Source: Candidatus Eiseniibacteriota bacterium
GTDB taxonomy: Bacteria; Eisenbacteria; RBG-16-71-46; DASYSL01
DNA length: 64,000 nucleotides
Reading direction: 5' to 3'
Assembly (NCBI GenBank): GCA_046598045.1
Contig: JBKJJJ010000174.1
Coordinates: 42,148-106,147, forward strand
The translations under genes were made by a program, and so were the position numbers. Below are positions 55,703-64,000 of this stretch, piece after piece; within the stretch, counting starts at the first letter, position 1, and every line of letters starts with the position of its first letter. The notes under the pieces were generated by a model. The model was not told the DNA's origin, did not search any database, and was given only the letters and a program-made list of their open reading frames with translations.

Positions 55703-57021
55703 GCCTCGCGCCCGATCCGCTCGTCGACTCGCCGGTCGCGCATCCGGTCACCGCCGCTCAGGTGGGCGCGATCTGGGAGGAGCTGTCGGACGCGCGGGGC
55801 GCGCTCGATCACCGGCTCGCCGCGGATCTCCTGCCCGCGCTCGTCGGCGCGATGCGCCGGCTGACCGCGCCGACGGGGCCCTACCGGCAGCGCCTGCTCG
55901 ATGGGCTCGCGCAATCGACCGGCTGGAACAGCGGCGCGATCGAGGAGGGCCTGGCACGCTTCACACGCGCCTACACCGAGAACGCGCTGCGGGCAGCGAT
56001 CGTGCGCGCGGTCGGGTCGCTCGAGACGCTCGATCGGCGCGGGCAGCGGCGCGCAATGAGCCCGCGCGGCGTGTTCCTCGCGCTCGCCTCGACCATTCCG
56101 TGGGCCGGCATCGAGTCGCTCACGTGGGCACTGCTCGCGCGCTCGACCTGCCTGGTGCGCGTCTCGGCGGGAGAGCCGTGGACCGTGCCTTTGTTCCTCG
56201 ATGCGCTCGCCGAGGAGTACCCGCCGCTGGCGCGCACTGCAGCCGCGCTCTACTGGCCGTCGGACGACGCCGAGGCGCACGGCGCCGCGATCGCGTACCC
56301 CGAGGCCGCGGTGGTCTACGGCGATGACGACTCGGTGGCGACCTGGCGTGCGCTCGCCGCCCGGCGCGCGAACCCGCCGCGCGTGATCGAGCACGGGCAC
56401 CGCATGTCGGTCGCGATCGTGGGCCGCGGATCGCTCGCGCCCGGTGTCGCCGACCAGGTCGCCGACGTGCTCGTGCGCGAAGCCGCGCTCTACGACCGGG
56501 ACGGCTGCCTGTCGCCGACGATCGCCTATCTCGAGGCTTCGGGCGCGATCCGCCCCGAGGATTTCGGCGAGCGCTGTGCGCGCGCGCAGGCGCGCTGGGC
56601 CGAACGCTGGCCCGCCCGGCTGCCCGACGACGCGCAGGCCTCGGCCACGCACCAGGCGCGCGGCACGTGCGAGCTCGCGGGCGGGCAGGTGTGGGCCGCG
56701 CCCGACGCGACGTGGACAGTGGCGCTCGATCGCCGCGATCCGCCGCCCGCGCCGGTCGCCGGGCGCTTCCTCTGGCTCCACCAGTTCACCGACTTCGAGG
56801 GGCTGCGCGCGCAACTCTCCTCCTGGGGCGACCGGCTCTCGACCATCGGCGTCTCGGCCTGGAAGGCGCGCGACGCCGAGCTGATCACGATCATCGGCCC
56901 GAGCGGCGCGACGCGCGTCTGCCCGCTGGCCACGATGCAGGATCCACCGCTGGACCGATTCCACGACGGGCGCTCCGAGCTCGCCGACCTGCTGCGCATT
57001 CGCGACTGGGAGCTTGCATGA
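55699..57021 (+). CDS. luxC: LuxC-family acyl-CoA / acyl-protein reductase (fatty aldehyde-forming)
   Basis: About 440 aa, the typical LuxC length, with a conserved Cys in ..LYDRDGCLSPTIAYLE.. Translationally coupled downstream of the luxE-like gene. Followed by another 4-nt overlap. Confidence 0.6.
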   Translation: MSLAPDPLVDSPVAHPVTAAQVGAIWEELSDARGALDHRLAADLLPALVGAMRRLTAPTGPYRQRLLDGLAQSTGWNSGAIEEGLARFTRAYTENALRAAIVRAVGSLETLDRRGQRRAMSPRGVFLALASTIPWAGIESLTWALLARSTCLVRVSAGEPWTVPLFLDALAEEYPPLARTAAALYWPSDDAEAHGAAIAYPEAAVVYGDDDSVATWRALAARRANPPRVIEHGHRMSVAIVGRGSLAPGVADQVADVLVREAALYDRDGCLSPTIAYLEASGAIRPEDFGERCARAQARWAERWPARLPDDAQASATHQARGTCELAGGQVWAAPDATWTVALDRRDPPPAPVAGRFLWLHQFTDFEGLRAQLSSWGDRLSTIGVSAWKARDAELITIIGPSGATRVCPLATMQDPPLDRFHDGRSELADLLRIRDWELA

Positions 57022-57419
57022 CCGCCTGCCTGCGCTGTGGAAAGCCTGCCGATGGCCGGTTGCGCGCCGCGATCTGGGAAGAGGAAGAGAAGGGCCGCCT
57101 CGGCGCGCGACCCGTGACGCTGTGCGCCGCCTGCCACAAGGCGTTCCTCAAGGGGAACGTCACGCGCGTCGAGATCGGCCGCGCCTATCACGCGGCGAAA
57201 GGCATCGAGCCGCGCGGCTGGATCGGGCGCATCGACCGCGACCTGCTGCTCAACATCGTGTGCCTCGAATGTGGCGTGATCCTGCCGCTCGAGTCGGCCG
57301 ACGACGCGCCGGCCTCGGACCACGACGCGCTGCCCGACACGCGCTGCCGCGAGTGCGGCACGACCAACCGCTTCGCCCGCCGCGGCGAGCGCTGGATCAC
57401 GGCCGAGATCGTGCCGTGA
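57018..57419 (+). CDS. Cys-rich zinc-ribbon protein (four CxxC pairs)
   Basis: ATG 57018 overlapping the luxC TGA. CLRCG ... CAAC ... CLECG ... CRECG spaced as two zinc ribbons. Confidence 0.5.
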   Translation: MTACLRCGKPADGRLRAAIWEEEEKGRLGARPVTLCAACHKAFLKGNVTRVEIGRAYHAAKGIEPRGWIGRIDRDLLLNIVCLECGVILPLESADDAPASDHDALPDTRCRECGTTNRFARRGERWITAEIVP

Positions 57420-58060
57420 GCAAGGTCGTCCCGCTCGAGTTCCCGTACTACTTCGTCTGCCTGGTGGGCGTGATGCTGGCGTGGGTGGGCTTCACGCTCG
57501 CGTTCGTCGTGTTCAAGCCGAAGACGCCGAAGGCCGCCCAGTCGCCCGCGGGGCCCCAGGAGAAGCCGGAGATCAAGACCCGCGACCGGCGCTCGCTCGG
57601 CGGCGTCCTGCTGCAATCGGTCGGCTATTTCCTGATGTGGCTCTCGTTCCGCCCGCCGTTCCCGACGCTCTCGCTGTTGCCCGCCCCGCTTGCGCTCGCA
57701 CTGGCGGCCTTCGCGGTCGTGCTCGCGTGGGCGGCGGCGAGCTTTGCGTTCTGGGCGCAGCGCACGCTCGGCAAGGAATGGAGCTTCCAGGCGCGCCTGG
57801 TGGAGGGGCACCGCCTGGTGAACACGGGCCCGTACGCGATCGTGCGCCACCCGATCTACACGGCGATGTGCGGCATGTGGCTCGCGACCGCGCTCGCGAT
57901 CGCGCGCCCGTGGGGCATCGTGCTCGGCGTGGTGCCGATGTTTCTCGGCACGCTGATCCGCGTCAAGCTCGAGGACGCGCTGCTGCGCGGCGCGTTCGGC
58001 GACAAGTTCGAGGAGTGGGCGAAGCGGGTGCCGGCGGTGGTGCCGATCCCGAAGGGCTAG
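57416..58060 (+). CDS. ICMT/PEMT-family membrane methyltransferase (second paralog in the window)
   Basis: GTG 57416 overlapping the upstream TGA. TM helices. ICMT signature GPYAIVRHPIYTAM and EDALLRGAFGDKFEEW. Confidence 0.75.
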   Translation: MSKVVPLEFPYYFVCLVGVMLAWVGFTLAFVVFKPKTPKAAQSPAGPQEKPEIKTRDRRSLGGVLLQSVGYFLMWLSFRPPFPTLSLLPAPLALALAAFAVVLAWAAASFAFWAQRTLGKEWSFQARLVEGHRLVNTGPYAIVRHPIYTAMCGMWLATALAIARPWGIVLGVVPMFLGTLIRVKLEDALLRGAFGDKFEEWAKRVPAVVPIPKG

Positions 58061-58085
58061 CCTAACTCGAACCACCGGCCCAGCC

Positions 58086-59801
58086 TCAGCGCAGAACGAC
58101 GAACTTGGCTCCGTCGGACATCTCCCCGCTCTGATCGCGCACCCGCGCGAAGTACACACCCGGACGGATCCCACCCCCCTGGAGTGGAATCTTCAGCGTC
58201 TGTGCGTCACGATCGGCTCGTTGGACCCTTGCCTGCTGAACTACGCGGCCCGCGAGATCATAGATCGTGACCGTGAGTTCGGATCCGATCGCATCGCTCA
58301 AATCAAGCGTGAGCGCGTCGGTCGTGAAGCCCCGCGGACGAGCCTCGAAGTGCCGCTTGCGGCCGCCTCCCGGGGAAAATCGCGCAATCGGGCTGAGCCA
58401 CTCGAACCGCGAGTCGACGCTCTCGCGGCGAATGCGGTACGAAATGTCGTCCCTCTGAGACCACCCCGAACGATTATCGAGGTCCGTCCAACTCATCGCG
58501 AGACTTGCTCCCGCCTGGAGCCGGGCGACCGCTGCGAATTCGCCAGCCCCGGTTCGCCGCAACACCGACCACCACGTCCCGGGAGCCAAGGTCGAGAGCG
58601 TCCAGGTCAATCGGGGATGTCCCTGGGAGACGTCCACCGCGGGAACGCTCGTGGTCGCGGAGGTATGGGTGTGCGTATAGCGGAAAGGCTGAAAGGATTC
58701 GGACCACGCGACCCAGGCGTCGCCGTTGCGGTCACGTCCGATCGACGGAACGGCGCCATATCCACTGCTGTAGAACTGATCGCCCGGATCCCAGCCATGA
58801 TCATTGGGGAAGTTGACGACGACACCGGCGGAGCCGTCGAGATAGTTGGTGTACGCCCACGTCACGAGCGGTCGGTAGGCGGCGTCCCGGCTCAGGTCGG
58901 TCGAGAGGGCCTCGGCCCCGCGCGGCGTCGTGATCGCAGGACAGAACAGCGTCTCCGGGGCCGACCACACGTGGCCGTCGAACCGCCGGAGAAAGACGCT
59001 CTGTTCCCCGCTGCTCCACGTCATCCAGGCGCCGCCACCGGCACTAAATCGAAGTCGGGGACCGCCCGCGAACCCGGATGTGAGGATTTCGGGAGAGCGC
59101 TCCCACCGGCTTCCGCGAAGAACTCCCCAGTCAAGCGGCTCTCCGTTTCCAGCCCATGCCATGAGCGCGGTCGTGTCGTCGAGCGCGACCAGGTTGAGGC
59201 CGTAGTTGCCGATCGCTCCCGTCGAGACTTCATTCCATCGGTCGCGCTCATCGGAATAGAACAGGCGGAGAACACCACGGTCCTCGATCGCCACCCATCG
59301 TCTAGGATCTCGAAACGCGCCACCGTACGAGGTTCGAAATTGGCCGACTTGAGCCACGATCTCGGGCGGGGTCGGGTGATCGTCGATCACCTCGGAAACG
59401 AAAAACGTGTGGTCCGTCGCGTAGGATCCGCCAGTGTACACGAGGGGATAGCGTCCGACGGGCGCGTCGACAGCATACAGTCCGAGCGGGTTCGCCCCAA
59501 GGGTCCACCACGGCTCCCACAAGCTCCCAAGCCACTTGTACGCAAGTCCGTCGTCCTGCTGCGAGTCCTGATACAGAACCCCCGTTCCGATCAGCAGAGG
59601 ACTTCCGGTGGCGGTCATCTCGACCCGCGGGACCACGAGTTCATTGAACCCGGAAACCTGTAGCACCTCGACGTCTCCCCACTCCCTGCCGGCAGGAGCC
59701 GCCACCGCTAGCATAGGAACCAACCAAGCAACGAGTCCGAGGCCTCTGACAAGAAGGCCGACGGCATCGCATTTCGACTTCCGCCCCATCATGACCTCCA
59801 C
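58086..59801 (-). CDS. Secreted protein with T9SS type-A / FlgD-Ig-like C-terminal sorting domain
   Basis: Signal peptide LVAWLVPMLAVAAPA. The large N-terminal domain has Trp-rich beta-propeller-like repeats. C-terminus LTLDLSDAIGSELTVTIYDLAGRVVQQARVQRADRDAQTLKIPLQGGGIRPGVYFARV. Confidence 0.6.
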   Translation of the reverse strand: MEVMMGRKSKCDAVGLLVRGLGLVAWLVPMLAVAAPAGREWGDVEVLQVSGFNELVVPRVEMTATGSPLLIGTGVLYQDSQQDDGLAYKWLGSLWEPWWTLGANPLGLYAVDAPVGRYPLVYTGGSYATDHTFFVSEVIDDHPTPPEIVAQVGQFRTSYGGAFRDPRRWVAIEDRGVLRLFYSDERDRWNEVSTGAIGNYGLNLVALDDTTALMAWAGNGEPLDWGVLRGSRWERSPEILTSGFAGGPRLRFSAGGGAWMTWSSGEQSVFLRRFDGHVWSAPETLFCPAITTPRGAEALSTDLSRDAAYRPLVTWAYTNYLDGSAGVVVNFPNDHGWDPGDQFYSSGYGAVPSIGRDRNGDAWVAWSESFQPFRYTHTHTSATTSVPAVDVSQGHPRLTWTLSTLAPGTWWSVLRRTGAGEFAAVARLQAGASLAMSWTDLDNRSGWSQRDDISYRIRRESVDSRFEWLSPIARFSPGGGRKRHFEARPRGFTTDALTLDLSDAIGSELTVTIYDLAGRVVQQARVQRADRDAQTLKIPLQGGGIRPGVYFARVRDQSGEMSDGAKFVVLR

Positions 59802-59831
59802 ATTCTTGGCATCGCCATCAATTCTAGCTTG

Positions 59832-59842
59832 CCCCCCCCCCC
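59832..59842. repeat. Homopolymeric C11/G11 tract in a divergent promoter region
   Basis: GCTTG-CCCCCCCCCCC-TAATCG lies between the - strand gene start at 59801 and the + strand ATG at 59984. Confidence 0.7.
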
Positions 59843-59983
59843 CTAATCGAGCGCAGAATGTTTGCCGAACTCCGTCGGCCGGTTAGCCACCCCCCGGCTC
59901 AGCCTTCCATAGCCGCAAGTGCCCTTCCGACTGCGCCCTGCAAATCGCCCTGGGAAACGCCCCTCCCGCCTTGGAGGTTCGAC

Positions 59984-62900
59984 ATGGACGTCAAAGTTCC
60001 CTCCTCAGCAACTGCGCTCGCCCTGGCGGCGGTGCTGCTCGTTTCAAGTGCAGAAGGCTCGGGGACTGGTATAAGCGTCGCCGGCGACGCTGTGACCACC
60101 TCGTCTACGACCGACACGCTCTTCTTTCCTTACAGGCCGAAGGTGACCGGAACGCAGTCTCGATATACGAGAGACTTGGAATTTCAGCTCTCTTCGCGAT
60201 ATTCGATTGGCCGAGGGGATGCCACTCCCGGACGAATCGGATCCGATAATTTGACGCTGATAAATTTCGGCGCGACTCTCACCGACTCGATCGGCAAGAA
60301 CCCGTTCAACGCGCCATACTCGGATTTGCATCTCGGCTACGACTATTTTTCCAGGACAGGCCAGCAGTACGATCCAAACCCATTCAACCCAGTCGGCTTC
60401 ACTCTCCCCATCAGCGACGGGAGCTACCCGACGGTCGACAAGGCCCATGTCGACTTCTACATCTTCGAACCGGGGCAGACCCAGGCCCTGAACTTCAGAG
60501 GTAGTGGAAGCGCTCCGTCGTTCTTCACGACACCGAAGGAAGATTCCTCGACCGGGCATTGGTCGTCGCCGACGAACTTCACCGTCCTTCCGAAGAATTC
60601 GGCCATGGGTGTCGGCCCGTCTCGCGCTGCGCTTGCGGATGTCGGGGGGACCGGCTGGACGCGGCCCGGACAGGCAGCCAACTGGACCTTCACGCATGAA
60701 TTTCAGCACCTCGTTTCTGGAGGCTCAGCCTCTACGGGGAATGCGCTGGAGGAGCTCTTCTCCGCCGGCGCTGAGGTGCTCACCGGGGACTTGCCGAGTG
60801 ATGCAGCAGCCTTCGATTACGCGTACACTTGGAGCTTATTGGTCAACGACAATGTCGGTCTGGGTGGCGTGAGAAGTGCCGGGGCGAACTACGCGGGCAG
60901 GCGACTCCTCGCGGCGTATCTCTTGTACAACTATCGCAATCAGGATACGACGGCGACGCTGAACGTGGGCTCGACGGTCGGGGGATTTGCGGACGACCTC
61001 TTCTATCGCTGGGCGCGGGAATCGTTACGAACTTTCGGCAGCCTCCAGGGCCTGCTCTCGAACGCCAGTTGCTACACTTGTTCTCTCCGCCCCTCGTTGA
61101 GTCCCGGAGGGCAACCGCTCTCGGACTACGATCGCCTGCAACTCGTGATTCACCAGATGAGGGTGGCCAGCTTCGTCAACAACCCGTTCCTCGCGGCCGA
61201 CGCGAGCGGTTACGGCCCGTACGGCTATCCGCCCCGGTTCGGCTTCTCGCCCGCGGCCGACGTGGGCGCCTGGCGGGACATCGATCCCAACGGCCCTAAC
61301 GTCGTCGCCATTCCGCAGGAAGTGACGGCGCGGCCGGGTTGGGTCTCGCGCGACACGGTCCTCTCGAAGGACCGCTCGAGGGACGGGGTCTCCTACCCGC
61401 TCGTTCTGCAGCCGTATGGGTCGGAGTACTGGGTGATCCGGTCCACTTCCGGCATCTCCGCGGGCACGGACTTGATGGTTCGGGTGGAGTCCGACAGCAT
61501 TTTTCGGACGTCGACGCTCTTGGGGCTGTACTGTCTTCCGCTTGGCAAGCTGGATGCCCGGCTGATGGCGACCGTGGTGGGCTATACGCAGCAATCCGAC
61601 AGCCTCTGGGCTCACCCCGAGTACGCGGGAACGGTCCTCGACACGCGTTGGGTGGACGTCGACAGCCTCGCCGGCGAGTTCGTCTTCTCCCTGCCGAACT
61701 TCGGCACGCAGTACCGTGCTGCCGTCCTCACCCTGACCCTCGGAGACGGGCCGTCGTTCGGGCTCAACGCGGCCAGTAGCTTTAACACGTATCAGGAGGC
61801 CGTGCATTACCGCCTCAATCTCGGGCTGCGCAAGTCTCCACCCGCCGGGTCCGACCCCGCGGCCTTAGTCGAATCGTCGGTGACCGAGGACTATCCCGCC
61901 TGGTCCCCCAATGGGACCGAGATCGCCTACGAGTCTGCCGATGCCCCGAACTCGAGAATCATGAGAAAGCCGGTCGCCGGCGGTGCGGCCACGGTCCTTG
62001 TCAGCGCGTCGAATTCCCAGCACACGCCCGATTGGTCCCCGCGCGGCGACCGCGTCGCCTTCGCCGAAGATGCCGCAGGGGGCAATCGCCACATCCGCTC
62101 GTACAACTTGACCACGCAGGTCGCGACAGACCTGACCACGGGAACGGTCTCCGATCTCTACCCGGTCTTCCAACCCAACGGCGAGCGGCTCGCCTACGTG
62201 CGCACCATCCCCGGCAGCGGCCAGTGGACGATTCGCCGTGTCAACGTGGACGGAAGCAACGATGCGGCGATCCTGACGACCGCGCTGAGCACGGCCATCG
62301 TGTCTCCGCGCTGGACCCCGAACGGCCAGGCCGTCTACTTCGTCAGCAACAGTCGGCTCTATTCCGTCCCCGTGAGCGGGGGAACAGCCACTCCTCAGGA
62401 CTCTCTCGGTCGAGATATCGCTACGTTCGATCTGCCGCGGGGGAGCGGTCGCCTGCTGATCGAGAACGCCGCCTCCCTGCGCTGGATCTGCGATGACGCA
62501 AACGCTCCAGCATTCATGCCCTATCGCCGCATCGCCCTGAGGGACACGCTCGCGAGCCCGAAGGATACGGAGATGCGCTGGTATCGCACCGGCGCCAGCT
62601 TCTGGAGCCCCCGCTACTCGTTCGACAACACGCGCATCGCCTACCGCTCGGACCAGAACGCCGCCTCAGGCGGGGATCTCTATATCGGCCAAGCCGTCTA
62701 CGATCACGCGCCGACGTTCGTGAGCACGGTCACGGACACGACGGTCGGCATGGGGATCGGATTGAGCCTGAGCCTCGCCGCCAATGACCCGGACGGGGAT
62801 GCCCTCACCTACTCCGGGGCCTACTTTCCAGCGGGGGCGAGCCTGATCGGCAACCTCTTCTCCTGGCCGAGCCCGGATACGACCGGCGGCCCGGTTTCGG

Positions 62901-64000
62901 TCGTCCTTCGAGCCCTGAGCCCGGGGGGCGCGCTCGCCAGCAAGGTGGTCAAGATCACGGTCGTCCCCAGGCCGGTGGCCGTTGCCACTCTGGTGGCCGA
63001 TGCGGGCAGGACCACCGCGGCTGCCGCGTGGTCCGAGCCCAATCAGCCACAGGGGCAGGCAACTTCCTACGAATTGCGCTACCTGATTAACACGACGATC
63101 ACCGAGAACAATTTCTCGACGGGGACGGTCGTCTCCCAGTCGGAGGTCCCCGGACCTGCGGGAACACCGCACTGTGTCCTGATCCCGGGCATTGCTTCGT
63201 GCAAGAATCTCTCGATCGCAGTGAGGACATGGAGGAATGGCATTCCCTCCACGATCAGCAATGTCGCGAGCGCGAGCACCGCGTGTTCGGGATCCCTTGA
63301 GGTGAGCTGCGGCGACTTCGGGCTGTGGGGTGGAGGAGGTGGCGGCGGGTTCTTGCGGGCCGGCGGTACGCGCACCGCTTCGACCTCGGGTTCCCCCGGC
63401 TCGGCCGTCTCGAACGCCACTTCGGCCTCGGAAAACTCCATACTCGGCGACGTCCACGGAACATCCAGGGCGGACCTTCTGCGGCTGCCCACCCCGATCG
63501 AGCCCGACCACGGCGAGTACGCGATCCATGTGCGAAGGAACGACGGCCGGACGATGGACCTCGACCAGGTCGCTCTGCTTGCGGTGGATCACGCGGACGG
63601 CGAAGCGGCCATCGCATCGAACGACGGCGTGCTGATCGGCACATGCGCGGGAGTCGCTTCGATTCGCGACCTGCTCGGGCAGGTCGGTTCCGATGCCGCA
63701 GGACAGCTCTCCGATGGTGGGATCGTGCTCGGACGGGAGAATGCTCTCACCATCGAACTGGACGACCGGGAACCGTCGTCGGTGCTCGTGATCGACTGCG
63801 TTGCCCCGGCGGCGGAGGTCGTGCGCGATTCAGCAGGCGTTGCCGTCCAGATTCCGACCGGCGACGGCGACTGGGGGACGATCGACCTGGTGCGGCCACG
63901 TGCGGCGGCGGATCGGAGGGCCGTCGACCTGCGAGGGTCGCACAGCGCACGCCTCGTGGCACTCGGGAAATACACGATTCTGCGGGTTCAGCGTCTGGCC
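59984..64000 (+). CDS. Very large secreted multidomain protein, 3'-truncated by the window edge (over 1338 aa): HExxH gluzincin-like metallopeptidase region, PD40/TolB-like beta-propeller repeats, cadherin-like and FN3-like domains, and a poly-Gly linker
   Basis: The ORF runs from ATG 59984 (GGAGG 8 nt upstream) in frame 2 to the window end and is absent from the supplied track. Signal peptide MDVKVPSSATALALAAVLLVSSAEG. FTHEFQHLVSGGSASTGNALEEL (HExxH with a downstream Glu). Five WSP-x-G-x-x-IAY/F PD40-like repeats (DYPAWSPNGTEIAYES, HTPDWSPRGDRVAFAE, LYPVFQPNGERLAYVR, VSPRWTPNGQAVYFVS, WSPRYSFDNTRIAYRS). NDPDGDALTYS cadherin-like motif. GGGGGGG linker. The 5' 400 nt is markedly lower in GC than the surroundings. 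Confidence 0.7.
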   Translation, partial: MDVKVPSSATALALAAVLLVSSAEGSGTGISVAGDAVTTSSTTDTLFFPYRPKVTGTQSRYTRDLEFQLSSRYSIGRGDATPGRIGSDNLTLINFGATLTDSIGKNPFNAPYSDLHLGYDYFSRTGQQYDPNPFNPVGFTLPISDGSYPTVDKAHVDFYIFEPGQTQALNFRGSGSAPSFFTTPKEDSSTGHWSSPTNFTVLPKNSAMGVGPSRAALADVGGTGWTRPGQAANWTFTHEFQHLVSGGSASTGNALEELFSAGAEVLTGDLPSDAAAFDYAYTWSLLVNDNVGLGGVRSAGANYAGRRLLAAYLLYNYRNQDTTATLNVGSTVGGFADDLFYRWARESLRTFGSLQGLLSNASCYTCSLRPSLSPGGQPLSDYDRLQLVIHQMRVASFVNNPFLAADASGYGPYGYPPRFGFSPAADVGAWRDIDPNGPNVVAIPQEVTARPGWVSRDTVLSKDRSRDGVSYPLVLQPYGSEYWVIRSTSGISAGTDLMVRVESDSIFRTSTLLGLYCLPLGKLDARLMATVVGYTQQSDSLWAHPEYAGTVLDTRWVDVDSLAGEFVFSLPNFGTQYRAAVLTLTLGDGPSFGLNAASSFNTYQEAVHYRLNLGLRKSPPAGSDPAALVESSVTEDYPAWSPNGTEIAYESADAPNSRIMRKPVAGGAATVLVSASNSQHTPDWSPRGDRVAFAEDAAGGNRHIRSYNLTTQVATDLTTGTVSDLYPVFQPNGERLAYVRTIPGSGQWTIRRVNVDGSNDAAILTTALSTAIVSPRWTPNGQAVYFVSNSRLYSVPVSGGTATPQDSLGRDIATFDLPRGSGRLLIENAASLRWICDDANAPAFMPYRRIALRDTLASPKDTEMRWYRTGASFWSPRYSFDNTRIAYRSDQNAASGGDLYIGQAVYDHAPTFVSTVTDTTVGMGIGLSLSLAANDPDGDALTYSGAYFPAGASLIGNLFSWPSPDTTGGPVSVVLRALSPGGALASKVVKITVVPRPVAVATLVADAGRTTAAAAWSEPNQPQGQATSYELRYLINTTITENNFSTGTVVSQSEVPGPAGTPHCVLIPGIASCKNLSIAVRTWRNGIPSTISNVASASTACSGSLEVSCGDFGLWGGGGGGGFLRAGGTRTASTSGSPGSAVSNATSASENSILGDVHGTSRADLLRLPTPIEPDHGEYAIHVRRNDGRTMDLDQVALLAVDHADGEAAIASNDGVLIGTCAGVASIRDLLGQVGSDAAGQLSDGGIVLGRENALTIELDDREPSSVLVIDCVAPAAEVVRDSAGVAVQIPTGDGDWGTIDLVRPRAAADRRAVDLRGSHSARLVALGKYTILRVQRLA

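Noticed and set aside
1-64000. CRISPR arrays, rRNA/tRNA genes, IS elements/transposases, integrases
   Set aside because: I saw no regularly spaced direct repeats, no tRNA-like GTTCGAAT T-loop contexts outside the riboswitch, and no transposase or recombinase-like ORFs. A by-eye scan cannot fully exclude a tRNA.

Overview
The window is 64 kb of very high-GC (about 70%) bacterial chromosome. Protein features suggest a Gemmatimonadota-like or other FCB-group lineage: many secreted proteins end in a T9SS type-A / FlgD-Ig-like C-terminal sorting domain. Coding density is high and most real genes are embedded in long Arg/Ala-rich spurious ORFs on other frames and strands.

Genes supported by sequence, in map order:
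- 0-4 kb: a histone H1-like protein, a BoxB/PaaA-family diiron oxygenase, a GNAT acetyltransferase and a crotonase.
- 4-10 kb: a minus-strand module of ECF sigma factor, zf-HC2 anti-sigma factor, periplasmic TPR-CHAT protease and C-type-lectin-like protein.
- 10-16 kb: a LuxI/FeeM-like acyltransferase and an ICMT-family methyltransferase, then a PKD lipoprotein and a roughly 930-aa FN3-rich secreted protein broken by one in-frame TAG.
- 20-28 kb: a beta-oxidation cluster (fadL, fadD, fadI-like thiolase, fadJ-like multifunctional enzyme) with a TonB gene beside it.
- 31-41 kb: the classic origin-proximal cluster rpmH-rnpA-yidD-yidC-jag-mnmE-mnmG-rsmG-parA-parB, with two parS sites, a bactofilin gene overlapping parB by ATGA, and no dnaA.
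- 42-46 kb: an HD-GYP phosphodiesterase paired with a HEAT-repeat protein that shares its N-terminal domain.
- 46-50 kb: a cobalamin riboswitch controlling a BtuB-like TonB-dependent receptor and a downstream beta-propeller protein with a sorting domain (analogous to BtuG by context).
- 54.5-58 kb: a luxE-luxC-zinc-ribbon-ICMT operon with overlapping start/stop codons, the best candidate in the window for an undescribed lipid-derivative pathway.
- 59.8 kb to the window end: a C11 homopolymer in a divergent promoter, then a secreted HExxH metallopeptidase / PD40 beta-propeller / cadherin-FN3 protein of more than 1338 aa. This ORF runs off the 3' edge and is missing from the supplied ORF track.

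Two genes (165-917 and 12348-15140) are each interrupted by a single in-frame TAG. No rRNA, tRNA, CRISPR array or transposase was recognised. Gene calls follow the ORF-track coordinates; I could not re-check every position by eye to better than about 1 nt.
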